Assembly: GCA_963817915.1 (NCBI GenBank)
Contig: CAWFQL010000003.1
Coordinates: forward strand, 96,001 to 160,000
DNA: 64,000 nucleotides
Direction of reading: 5' to 3'
Source: an uncultured candidate division Zixibacteria bacterium
Lineage (GTDB): Bacteria; Zixibacteria; MSB-5A5; UBA10806
Part shown: piece after piece, positions 40,760 through 50,599 of the stretch
Layout: each line of letters opens with the position of its first letter
Numbering within the stretch: the first letter of the stretch is position 1
The notes under the pieces: model-generated
What the model saw: only the letters and a program-made list of their open reading frames with translations
Told to the model about the DNA's origin: nothing
The model's database searches: none
Program-made: the position numbers and the translations under genes

Positions 40760-40920
40760 GTAGGGCGGAACCCCTGTGGTTCCGCCGATTTGTTTGAATT
40801 TGTAAAAAAAGGGCCCGAACCGCAGGGGTTCGGGCCTACAAGGCTTCGCCTGCGGTCAGGGCAAGCCCTGACGCGCACAATTTTTAAGAAAGAGCCCGAA
40901 CCGCAGGGGTTCGGGCCTAC
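40760..40920. repeat. Cluster of REP-like elements: three GTAG-headed family D copies and one family B copy
   Basis: GTAGGGCGGAACCCCTGTGGTTCCGCC at 40760. Exact 27-bp GCCCGAACCGCAGGGGTTCGGGCCTAC at 40813 and 40894. TGCGGTCAGGGCAAGCCCTGACGCGCA at 40851. Confidence 0.8.
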
Positions 40921-40932
40921 GAGGCTATCGCG

Positions 40933-41814
40933 TCATCGGATTTGATTCAATTCATTGCTCTGAAAAAGTCTCTCTAATCTCACCGGGCAATTTTCGGAAT
41001 CGGTTACGCCGCGAAGGCAGAAGAAACGGCGATAATAAATAGTTGTCTGACGTGAATTATCTTCTATATCAACCAACGAACAATAGGCGCATTTTTTGCA
41101 TTGATCGATTGAGCCGGAAATGATTTTACCGGTGGCTCTGGCTATGATGGCCTTTGATAACGATAGCTGTCTGGAGTTGCCATTTTTTGTGATATCGAGC
41201 CGTCGGGGTCGTTGGAGGATAATTCGTCCGCGGGATTCGCTGAAGATGGCATCGAGCTCTACTTCATCACCCTCGGCCAGACGGGTTTTATCGAGCATCG
41301 AGCCCGATATTTTCAGATAGATTTTGTCATCGAATAGCTGATTGTCGAAATAGCCTCGGGCAAATGAGATATAGAAGCCATCCATTTCGATCGACGGATA
41401 TTCAAATTCGATTGTCATTTTATAGTGCGGTTGAATCCTGTCGATAACGCCGGAGAATTTGACGGTCTTATCATTCATAGATTCCAGCCAGCCTTGATAG
41501 GCATGCATGCTATCGATGAATTCGCGCAGTTGAGCGTCGTCTAAATTTGTTTCAGGAATATGAGTAATTTTGTCTTCGTGATATTGTTTGCATGAGAAAC
41601 AGCCTCGTCCGACATGCTTGAATTTGCGCGGACAGGGATGGCCCTTCTCCAATGCGTGGCAACGCCAGAGGAATTCGACACAGCCGGAGGGATGGCATTT
41701 TTTCAATTTGATTACATGATAAGGCGAGACCGAATATCCGAATTGCTTATGCAGAGGATGTCGGCAAGAGAATATGCCGGGGCATTTGTAGAGATTTTTG
41801 ATGGACTCGGGCAT
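40933..41814 (-). CDS. Cys-rich hypothetical protein
   Basis: 293-aa ORF directly downstream of lepA with Cys/His clusters at both ends. Confidence 0.7.
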   Translation of the reverse strand: MPESIKNLYKCPGIFSCRHPLHKQFGYSVSPYHVIKLKKCHPSGCVEFLWRCHALEKGHPCPRKFKHVGRGCFSCKQYHEDKITHIPETNLDDAQLREFIDSMHAYQGWLESMNDKTVKFSGVIDRIQPHYKMTIEFEYPSIEMDGFYISFARGYFDNQLFDDKIYLKISGSMLDKTRLAEGDEVELDAIFSESRGRIILQRPRRLDITKNGNSRQLSLSKAIIARATGKIISGSIDQCKKCAYCSLVDIEDNSRQTTIYYRRFFCLRGVTDSENCPVRLERLFQSNELNQIR

Positions 41815-41826
41815 TATTTTCTTGCC

Positions 41827-43627
41827 TCATTTCTCCACCTGCAGGATGGCGAGGAAGGCTTCCTGTGGGATTTCGACCTGACCGACCTGCTTCATGCGTC
41901 GTTTGCCCTCTTTTTGTTTTTCGAGTAATTTCCGTTTGCGGGTGATATCGCCGCCGTAACATTTGGCGGTAACATTCTTGCGGAGCGGCGAAACCGATTC
42001 GCGGGATATGACCTTATTGCCGATAGCGGCCTGAATGACAACCTCGAATAATTGACGCGGGATCAGCTTTCTGAGCTTCCCGCAGAGAGAACGGCCCCAA
42101 TCGTAGGCTTTATCGCGGTGAATGATGTATGATAAGTGCATCGACCGGATCGCCATTGATGAGGATATCGAGCTTAACTAATTTAGATTCTACATAGCCA
42201 AGAAATTCATAATCAAGCGACGCATAGCCGCGCGAGACCGATTTGAGTTTATCGTAATAATCGAAGATGATCTCCGAGAGCGGCATATCGTAATGGAGAT
42301 TGGCGCGCAGGGGATCGATATATTCGGTATTCTTATAGACTCCTCTGCGGTCGAGGCAGAGCTTCATGATATTGCCGATAAATTCAGATGGTGTAATAAT
42401 CGAGACTTTTACGAACGGCTCCTCGACAGATAAAATTTTTCCCGGATCGGGCATCAATGACGGATTATCGACGGCGATCTGGTTTCCATCGGTGGTGTTG
42501 ACTTTATATTCCACGCTGGGGACAGTATTGATAATATCGAGCTCGTATTCGCGGTGGAGCCGTTCCTGGACGATCTCCATGTGCAGCAGCCCCAAAAATC
42601 CGCAGCGGAAACCGAAGCCGAGAGCGTTGGATGTCTCCGGCTCAAATATAATGGCTGAGTCATTGAGTTGAAGTTTTTCGATACCGCCGCGCAAGTCCTC
42701 GAAATCCTCGCTGACAGTCGGATAGATGCCTGCAAAGACCATCGGCTTGGAATGCCTGAAGCCTGGAATCGGCTCTTTGGAGGGATTGGAGCGGATCGTC
42801 ATCGTATCGCCGACATGCGTATCGGCGACATTGCGGATATTGCCGATTATATAACCGACCTCGCCGGCGCTGAGCTGTTCAAGTGGATAATATTTCAATT
42901 TCAGATAGCCGAGTTCATCGATTTCATATTCTCTATCGTGGGAAAAGAAGCGAATCCAATCTCGTTTTCTGAATGTGCCATCGATTACTCTTACATACGC
43001 GACGGCCCCGCGATAATTATCAAAGGCCGAATCGAATATCAGAGCTCGCGGCGGAGCATCGGGATCGCCCGTGGGATGGGGGACTTGCTTGACGATAGCT
43101 TCGAGCAGCTCGGCGATACCGATTCCGGTCTTGGCGGAAACACGCAAAATCTCAGAACGTTCGACTCCCAAGAGGCTCGCGATATCATCGATTACCCGTT
43201 CGGTCTCCGCCGACGGGAGATCGATTTTATTGATTACCGGTATGATTTTCAGTTGAGCGTCGAGGGCAAGGAAAAGATTCGATATGGTCTGGGCCTCTAC
43301 GCCCTGGGAAGCATCGACGATCAAAAGAGCACCTTCGCAGGCATGAAGTGAACGTGAGACCTCATAGGTAAAATCGACATGGCCGGGGGTGTCGATCAAA
43401 TTCAGCACGTATTCCTGGCCGTCATCGGCGGTGTAATTCATTTTGATGGCATGGGATTTAATCGTAATGCCGCGTTCCCGTTCGAGGTCCATGGAATCGA
43501 GAATCTGTTTTTTCATATCGCGATGGGCGATGGTATGAGTTTCTTCAAGCAGGCGGTCAGCAAGGGTAGATTTTCCATGATCAATATGGGCAATGATGCA
43601 AAAATTGCGAATGTGCGTCGTATCCAT
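41827..43627 (-). CDS. lepA: Elongation factor 4; frameshift near 42135
   Basis: [28 protein letters not shown] and [25 protein letters not shown] is in the second frame. Confidence 0.96.
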
Positions 43628-43683
43628 AGCCTTGCAATTTAATGAATTTATGGCAGAATACAAGCAGTTGTTTTCGTCAATGT

Positions 43684-43750
43684 TGCGCGTTAGGGTTCGC
43701 CCTGACCGCAAAAGGGAGCGGGATGCGGTCACGGCAAGCCGTGACTCGCA
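43684..43750. repeat. REPIN-like inverted doublet (family B)
   Basis: TGCGCGTTAGGGTTCGCCCTGACCGCA, 13-bp spacer, TGCGGTCACGGCAAGCCGTGACTCGCA. Confidence 0.75.
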
Positions 43751-43820
43751 GGAAAACGAGTACAACAGCGAATCATTTTATGAAATTGACATTGAAGATC
43801 GGAAATATATATTCAGGCGC

Positions 43821-44243
43821 ATGAATAAAAATATTGATAATAATAGAAAAAACAAAATAATGGCCGATTTTCCCCATTATCCATTTCCGGCATTTTTAGG
43901 ATTAAAAATCGAGGAACTGCAATACGGTATCGCCCGTTTGAGCTTGAAGGCGCGTGAGGAACTGACTCAGGGGATGAATTTTATCCACGGCGGCGCGTTA
44001 ACTACGATCTGTGATACCGCGGTGGCAGTGGCCTTGATGACTATGATAGACGATGATGACAAAATATTGACAATCGAGCTTAAGACGAATTTCATCGCGC
44101 CGGCCGACACGGATATTCAGGCTGTCGCGAGGATATTACATAAAGGCAGAAAAACTGCGGTCGGCGAGGTCGATGTCACGAAAGCTGATGGGACATTGGT
44201 AGCGAAATCGCTGGTCACATATTATATCTACAGGGATAATTAG
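43821..44243 (+). CDS. PaaI-family hotdog thioesterase
   Basis: FIHGGALTTICD, TIELKTNF and GRKTAV; an alternative start lies at 43860. Confidence 0.85.
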   Translation: MNKNIDNNRKNKIMADFPHYPFPAFLGLKIEELQYGIARLSLKAREELTQGMNFIHGGALTTICDTAVAVALMTMIDDDDKILTIELKTNFIAPADTDIQAVARILHKGRKTAVGEVDVTKADGTLVAKSLVTYYIYRDN

Positions 44244-44260
44244 GGCATAATAAAACAATT

Positions 44261-46060
44261 ATGGCGCACGACGGTTACGGACAAGAAGAAGAGATTTTAG
44301 GCAAGGCATACGATTCCCGTTTGATGAAACGGCTGTATGTCTATCTAAAGCCATATCGTTGGCATATTTCGTTGGCCGTATTGACTCTCGTAATAGCCTT
44401 AGTAGCCCAGATTGCCGGGCCATATCTGACGATGGTGGCAATCGACAAACATATAAAGACAAAAGATATCAACGGTCTCGGAATTATTATATTGCTATAT
44501 ATTGGGATTATCGCGGTGCAGTTTGGGATGCAATATATCCAGATCTATGTAATGCAATTTGTCGGGCAAAAGACGATGTTTAGTCTGCGTATGAAGATAT
44601 TTTCGCATATCGAGAATTTGGGCTTATCATTTTTCGATAAGAATCCGGTCGGCAGATTAGTGACCCGTACTACAAGCGATGTCCAGGCGCTTAATGAGCT
44701 TTTCACATCCGGCGTGGTAGCGGTATTCGGCGATATTATCATGATACTGGGAATAGTCGGCGCCATGTTTTATCTCAATTGGCATCTGGCATTAGTGACA
44801 TTGGCGGTAGTACCGGCGTTATTTATCGCAACCATGATTTTCCGAGCGAAGGTAAGGGAATCATTCAGAAGAGTTCGTACCCGGATAGCCAAGCTGAATT
44901 CGTTCATTCAAGAGCATATCGCCGGGATGTGGGTGGTGCAGAGTTTCGTGGCCGAGAAGAAGACATTCGAGAAATTCGATGATATAAATAGCGATCTGCG
45001 GAACAGTCATTTGAAATCGGTATTTTATTTTGCGGTATTCTATCCGGTGGTCGAAATTCTCGGCGCTATCAGTCTTGCTTTGATAATCTGGTATGGCGGC
45101 GGCGAAATTTTAAAGAATACGCTGACATTCGGGGCGCTTGTGGCATTCATTCAATACGCCGACAGATTTTTTTATCCGATTAGAGATTTATCCGAGAAAT
45201 ATAATATTCTACAGCAGGCGATGGCATCATCTGAACGGATATTCAAATTGCTTGATGAACAACCGGATGTAAAAGAGCCCGAAAAGCCGGTTGCGATCGG
45301 CAAAGTTGACGGTGCAATTAAATTCGAGAATTTGTGGTTTGCCTATAACGACGAAGACTGGATTTTAAAAGATATCAATCTCGATATCAAGGCAGGGGAA
45401 CGGATCGCGATTGTCGGGGCGACCGGGGCGGGGAAGACATCGATTATGAGTCTGCTTTTGAGATTTTATGATTTTCAAAAAGGGGATATCAAGGTTGACG
45501 GTGTTTCGATTCGTGACATGTCGGTAAAAGAGTATCGCAGAAATATCGCATTAGTCCTGCAGGATATCTTCATGTTCTCAGGAGATATCGCCAGAAATGT
45601 AAGATTGGGGAATAGCGATATCAGCGATCATGATGTCAAAGAAGCATTAAAGACAGTCGGCGCGGATCGATTTATCGATAATCTCGAAGGCGGAATCGAA
45701 TCTGAAATGCGCGAACGGGGCTCTAATCTGTCAGTCGGACAGCGTCAATTATTGGCGTTCGCGAGGGCGCTGGTATTCGATCCGAGAATACTGATATTGG
45801 ACGAGGCCACGTCGTCCGTAGATACGCATACAGAAATTCTGATACAGGAAGCGTTGGAGAGACTGCTCAAGGGCCGGACATCGGTCGTGATAGCTCACCG
45901 GTTATCGACTATCAAAAATTCCGATCGCATAATCGTGATGCACAAGGGGATGATAAAAGAAGAGGGGACTCATTCGCAGCTGCTTGAGTTAGGTGGGATT
46001 TATCATCGGCTCTACCAATTGCAGTACAAGGATCAGGAAATTGCGGATAGGGTGAAATGA
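44261..46060 (+). CDS. ABC exporter TMD-NBD half (MdlB/YheH-like)
   Basis: GATGAGKT, degenerate signature LSVGQ, ILDEATSSVD and AHRLST. Confidence 0.93.
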   Translation: MAHDGYGQEEEILGKAYDSRLMKRLYVYLKPYRWHISLAVLTLVIALVAQIAGPYLTMVAIDKHIKTKDINGLGIIILLYIGIIAVQFGMQYIQIYVMQFVGQKTMFSLRMKIFSHIENLGLSFFDKNPVGRLVTRTTSDVQALNELFTSGVVAVFGDIIMILGIVGAMFYLNWHLALVTLAVVPALFIATMIFRAKVRESFRRVRTRIAKLNSFIQEHIAGMWVVQSFVAEKKTFEKFDDINSDLRNSHLKSVFYFAVFYPVVEILGAISLALIIWYGGGEILKNTLTFGALVAFIQYADRFFYPIRDLSEKYNILQQAMASSERIFKLLDEQPDVKEPEKPVAIGKVDGAIKFENLWFAYNDEDWILKDINLDIKAGERIAIVGATGAGKTSIMSLLLRFYDFQKGDIKVDGVSIRDMSVKEYRRNIALVLQDIFMFSGDIARNVRLGNSDISDHDVKEALKTVGADRFIDNLEGGIESEMRERGSNLSVGQRQLLAFARALVFDPRILILDEATSSVDTHTEILIQEALERLLKGRTSVVIAHRLSTIKNSDRIIVMHKGMIKEEGTHSQLLELGGIYHRLYQLQYKDQEIADRVK

Positions 46061-46839
46061 GCGAATACCTAAATATTGCGACAATTGCGGCCAAAAAGGC
46101 AGGGGAGATTCTAAAGAATAATTTCCATGGCAGATTGCAGATCGAGAAAAAGGGCGCTGTCGATCTTGTAACCGATATTGACCGCAAATCAGAAGAATTA
46201 ATAAAAAATATAATCTTGTCGAAATACCCAGATCATGATTTTATCGCGGAAGAAGGAACGAAATCAGTCAACAGTTCGCGTTATTGCTGGTTTGTGGATC
46301 CACTCGATGGCACTACAAATTACGCCCACGGGTTTCCCGTATATTCGGTTTCGATAGCATTAGTGGATGGCGATGAAATTATTGCCGGATGTGTTTACAA
46401 CCCAAATCTCGATGAGTGTTTCACCGCTGAAAAAGATATGGGGGCTTACTTAAATGGTAAGCCAATTCGGGTATCCGCGACGGCTTTATTGGATGATTCA
46501 TTGTTAGCAACGGGGTTTCCCTATGATATTCGTGAATCCGATGGCAATAATCTTAAAGAGTTTTCGATATTCGCAAGAAAATCTCAGGCTATAAGGCGTG
46601 CGGGCTCAGCGGCGCTCGATCTGGCATATCTTGCATGCGGTCGTTTCGATGGCTACTGGGAATTCAAACTTAAGCCCTGGGATATAGCGGCTGGCATACT
46701 TCTGGTAAATGAAGCCGGAGGCAAAGTGACATCATGGGCGGGCGATAAATGTCAAATAAAATTGGGCGAAGTGCTTGCTTCGAATGGCCTGATACATGAG
46801 CAGATGCTTGAAGTATTGGGGCAGACGAGAAAATTATAG
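46057..46839 (+). CDS. suhB: Inositol monophosphatase
   Basis: VDPLDGTTNYAHG, GSAALDLAY and WDIAAG. Confidence 0.93.
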   Translation: MSEYLNIATIAAKKAGEILKNNFHGRLQIEKKGAVDLVTDIDRKSEELIKNIILSKYPDHDFIAEEGTKSVNSSRYCWFVDPLDGTTNYAHGFPVYSVSIALVDGDEIIAGCVYNPNLDECFTAEKDMGAYLNGKPIRVSATALLDDSLLATGFPYDIRESDGNNLKEFSIFARKSQAIRRAGSAALDLAYLACGRFDGYWEFKLKPWDIAAGILLVNEAGGKVTSWAGDKCQIKLGEVLASNGLIHEQMLEVLGQTRKL

Positions 46840-46840
46840 G

Positions 46841-47626
46841 TCAGCGATTATCTAATGCGAGCAATTGTTGCACGATTGTTTTAACCTGATTTATTCTGAA
46901 GGGCTTTACTAAATAGCCATTGATACCGTCGGTAGTCGCCATTTCCTGGGTATAGGAATTGGAATACCCGGTAATAATCACCGACGGGATAGCGGGTCGT
47001 AAGTTCTTGATTTTCCCGATCAGCTCGACACCATTTGAATCGGACAGCATATAGTCAGAAATCACCAGATCGAATTCGTGATTTTCGATAAAATTCATTG
47101 CCGACCTGGCATCATTTGCGGCAATAACTGAAAATCCGAAGCTCCTTAATGTCTCCTGAAGAACCTGACGAACAGAATCGTCATCATCGACAACGAGGAT
47201 TTGATGCTTATCGGATTTAGTAGTTTCTTTGGAGGAATCATTATATTTATTAAGAGTCGAACTTATCAGTTCCTCTACGATTCCAATCCGAAATGGCTTT
47301 GACAAAAAACCATCGGCGCCCATCTCTTGGAAATCCTCGATTGTGGTGCTGCCGGCGTATCCGGTTATGACAATTGCCGGAATATTCGGTTTTTCCTTTT
47401 TAATTCTAATAAGGAGCTCGGCGCCGGTACCTTCAGGCATATAGTAATCGGTGATTACAAGATCGATTTTTTCCCGCATGAAAATTTGCCAGGCTTCGGA
47501 GATATTGCTTGAGCTGTATGTAATATATCCCAACGCGTGCAGGGTTTCGCCCAACAGCCTGCGAACGCCGTCTTCATCGTCGACAACAAGAATTGATGTT
47601 ATCGGTCTTTTGAAATTCTCGTTCAT
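46841..47626 (-). CDS. Response regulator with two tandem receiver domains and no output domain
   Basis: Two copies of ILVVDD...LVI(T/S)DY...ITGY...KPF. Confidence 0.88.
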   Translation of the reverse strand: MNENFKRPITSILVVDDEDGVRRLLGETLHALGYITYSSSNISEAWQIFMREKIDLVITDYYMPEGTGAELLIRIKKEKPNIPAIVITGYAGSTTIEDFQEMGADGFLSKPFRIGIVEELISSTLNKYNDSSKETTKSDKHQILVVDDDDSVRQVLQETLRSFGFSVIAANDARSAMNFIENHEFDLVISDYMLSDSNGVELIGKIKNLRPAIPSVIITGYSNSYTQEMATTDGINGYLVKPFRINQVKTIVQQLLALDNR

Positions 47627-48966
47627 CACCCTCTAATAACGGAAAGGACCTTTTGGGTCATTTTATCAAGGAGCTCGCTATTGTCGGCCTCAACATTTAA
47701 GCGGATTAGCGGCTCGGTATTTGACGGCCTGACATTGAACCACCAGTCTTTATATTCGACCGTAATTCCATCGATTTTATCTATTTTGCCATCGGAAAAG
47801 GTAGATTCTATTTTTTTCAGACTGGCTGATATATCATTTACCTTGCTATTGATCTCTCCCGAACGGACATAATGATCAAATTGCGAAACTTGTTTGGACA
47901 ACGGCATATTGGCTTCCGAGATCAATTCCAGGCATACAAGCAGTGCAATCAATCCTGAATCCGCGAACCAATTATCTCGGAAGTAGAAATGCCCCGAATG
48001 TTCTCCGCCGAAGATGGCGTTGTGTTCTCTCATCAAAGGTTTGATCAAAGCGTGGCCAACTCTGGTGCGGATTGGAATACCTCCGAGAGATTTGACCAGT
48101 TCCGGCACTGCCTTGGAGCAGATGAGATTGTAGAGAATTGTAGAGCCGGGATTCTTTTTCAATAAAGCTTTAGCGACCAGGGCAGTGACCATATCGCCGC
48201 CGAGAGTCCGACATTTCTCATCGATTAGAAACACTCTGTCGGCGTCACCATCGAAAGCGGCTCCGAGATCGGCGCCGGTCTCTTTGATCTTGGCCTTTAA
48301 ATCGGCGACATTCTCCGGCTCGATTGGGCTGGCCTGATGATTGGGGAATGAACCGTCGAGATCGAAATACATCGGGATTAGCGTGCACGGGAGGTGCTTG
48401 AAGACCTCGGGCATTATCATTCCGGCGATACCATTGCCGGCATCGACAGCGATCTTGAATGGTTTTATTTTCTTGATATCTATGAAATTCAAAGCGTGAC
48501 TGACATAATCGGTGAGGATATTTCGCTTGGTAAAATTTCCCTTTTGAGATGACTTTTTTAATTTGTCAGTCGTAATCAGATTCCTGATGTCGGCGAGTTT
48601 GCCATCGCCGGAAAGCGGTATGGCGTCTCTTTCGCAGATTTTCATTCCGTTGTACTGAGCGGGATTGTGTGATGCCGTTATCATGACTCCGCAATCGTAG
48701 CCATATTTTCCAACCGCGAAGTAGAGACCATCGGTGGAAATCAATCCTATATCCGTGACATTGGTGCCACCATCGATAAAGCCTCTGATCAATGCTTCTG
48801 CCAGTTTATCCGATGACAGCCGCATATCGCGCGCAACAACCGCGTTTCTGGAATTAAGCAGGTTCGATGTGCCGAGGCCGATCGCGTAAGCGATATCCTC
48901 ATTTATCTGATCGGGATATGTGCCCCTGATATCGTAGGCCTTAAAGATGCTTTCGTTGAATTTCAT
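47626..48966 (-). CDS. manB: Phosphomannomutase/phosphoglucomutase
   Basis: FKAYDIRG, ITASHNP, FDGDADR, GEHSGH and RPSNTEP. Confidence 0.93.
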   Translation of the reverse strand: MKFNESIFKAYDIRGTYPDQINEDIAYAIGLGTSNLLNSRNAVVARDMRLSSDKLAEALIRGFIDGGTNVTDIGLISTDGLYFAVGKYGYDCGVMITASHNPAQYNGMKICERDAIPLSGDGKLADIRNLITTDKLKKSSQKGNFTKRNILTDYVSHALNFIDIKKIKPFKIAVDAGNGIAGMIMPEVFKHLPCTLIPMYFDLDGSFPNHQASPIEPENVADLKAKIKETGADLGAAFDGDADRVFLIDEKCRTLGGDMVTALVAKALLKKNPGSTILYNLICSKAVPELVKSLGGIPIRTRVGHALIKPLMREHNAIFGGEHSGHFYFRDNWFADSGLIALLVCLELISEANMPLSKQVSQFDHYVRSGEINSKVNDISASLKKIESTFSDGKIDKIDGITVEYKDWWFNVRPSNTEPLIRLNVEADNSELLDKMTQKVLSVIRG

Positions 48967-49054
48967 GATTAAAGACTATCTCAATAATAAAAATCTGTCA
49001 AGATTAATTAGATATATCGAAATTTAGCATTGTTATGCCGGGTAGAAGACAGGC

Positions 49055-49169
49055 GTCGGGTTATCGTCCGGCACTTTGCCGGACTCAAACGCCGACCTCC
49101 AATTCCAAATTCTTCAAATGATGATTGGAGGTCGGCGTACCGATCCGCCGTAGGCGGATCGAACCCGAC
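49055..49169. repeat. REPIN-like inverted doublet (family C)
   Basis: GTCGGGTT-hairpin-ACGCCGACCTCCAAT ... ATTGGAGGTCGGCGT-hairpin-AACCCGAC. Confidence 0.7.
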
Positions 49170-49180
49170 AACAAGATTTT

Positions 49181-50071
49181 TCAGTCTTTTTGAGTTATAT
49201 AGACTCCTAAAAGTATAACAATGCCGGCGGCGATACTTTCCAGGGTCAACCGTTCTTTGAGAATAAAATATGCCATCACTGCTGTAAATACTGGCTGCAG
49301 ATTCATGAAAACGGCGGCTTTGGCAGGCTCGATATGTTTGATGATCCAATACCAAATCGTATAGGCGAAAACTGAAGTAATTATCGCCGTATAAGCGACA
49401 CCGCCCCAGCCAATCATTGTGACATGAGAATAGTCGAATCTTAATGCCATAAATAGCCCAAGCGGCAGGAAAATGATTGTTCCCAATACCAGCGCCGACG
49501 CCGTGACTGTAATCGCCCCATGGCTTTTGGCAATCGGTCTTCCCAAAACAGTATAGGCTGCCCAGGCCCAAACCGCGATCATCATTAAGGAATCGCCAAT
49601 AATATATCCGGATTGCATTTTGATGCCCTTTTCGAGGAAGAAGGCCAAAACCCCTATCATAGCTACAAAAATGCCCCAGGATTTCTTTTTGGTAAACGAT
49701 TCCTCTTTTTTGAATACTGATATCAGATAAACCCAAATAGGGGTAGTTGCATAGAGCAAGGCCGCATGAGTCGGTGATGTGTACAAAAGCCCGACTAGAA
49801 AAAAGCCTTGATTGATGGGTATCGCCAGTATCGAAAGCAGGATGACAAGCGGCCATTCCGATTTTCCATAAGGGAAATATCGTTTTCGGAATACCATCGC
49901 CGCGAAAAGTATCACTGAGGCCAGCATGAAACGATAAAATCCAAAAACTAAGGGAGCGAGTTCGTAAATCGCTCCCTTGGCAAAGATATATGTTCCTGCC
50001 GAAACTAATGATTGAATTACCAGCGCATAATAAACCGCTGATTTAACTGCAGGTTTGGAATTTGAATCCAT
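49181..50071 (-). CDS. EamA/DMT family transporter
   Basis: About 10 TM helices in two EamA repeats (RF.LA..., WAAYTV.., LQPVF..ILKERL). Confidence 0.9.
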   Translation of the reverse strand: MDSNSKPAVKSAVYYALVIQSLVSAGTYIFAKGAIYELAPLVFGFYRFMLASVILFAAMVFRKRYFPYGKSEWPLVILLSILAIPINQGFFLVGLLYTSPTHAALLYATTPIWVYLISVFKKEESFTKKKSWGIFVAMIGVLAFFLEKGIKMQSGYIIGDSLMMIAVWAWAAYTVLGRPIAKSHGAITVTASALVLGTIIFLPLGLFMALRFDYSHVTMIGWGGVAYTAIITSVFAYTIWYWIIKHIEPAKAAVFMNLQPVFTAVMAYFILKERLTLESIAAGIVILLGVYITQKD

Positions 50072-50089
50072 TACTAATCTGACATATCG

Positions 50090-50527
50090 TTATTTCAGGA
50101 TACAAGCTTTCTCTGTAATTTTATCGCCATTGGAATCCAATATATCCACTCTCCAGGCTCCGGCGCTGTTTTCGTAGATAGTCTTAGAGCTCCAAACACG
50201 GTTGCGCGGATACTTGATCGGAAGCTCTACACGGCCCATCTCGTTGTCATTAAAATACCAGACATGAGTAATCGTAGTAGCCTCGCCAGTATTGGCGATA
50301 TCGCTCCAACAATATAGTTTGCCTACGGATGGTGCGAATTCGGAAGCCTCGCCTACCGGATCGCGATTTTCGACACCGGTACAGAAGGCAATCTTGGTAG
50401 CGCTGATTGTCTGGCCGGGCTTTTCAGTCGCCGCTGCTTTCTGGGTCGTATCGGGTGTCGATGGTGTTTGAGCCATCGCAGGAATTGTGACCAGAGTGAT
50501 AATTATGAATAGACATACGAATTTCAT
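50090..50527 (-). CDS. Secreted DUF2914-domain protein
   Basis: AGGAGG SD, signal peptide, and C.GVENRDPV, LYCWS, HVWY, RVWSSK and GAWRVDI. Confidence 0.8.
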   Translation of the reverse strand: MKFVCLFIIITLVTIPAMAQTPSTPDTTQKAAATEKPGQTISATKIAFCTGVENRDPVGEASEFAPSVGKLYCWSDIANTGEATTITHVWYFNDNEMGRVELPIKYPRNRVWSSKTIYENSAGAWRVDILDSNGDKITEKACILK

Positions 50528-50599
50528 TTGCTCCTCCTTCGATCCTGGGGTTAGCCCCCGCAAAATATAAGGGGTTTTCGATTTATCAAGAAAGACTTA

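Noticed and set aside
40760..40920. CRISPR array (27-bp exact repeat seen twice)
   Set aside because: There are only two identical copies plus one inverted variant, the ends are GTAG/CTAC REP-type, and no cas genes are present.
49008..49856. 282-aa alternative-frame ORF
   Set aside because: It overlaps the EamA gene out of frame and runs into a REP doublet, with no recognisable motifs.
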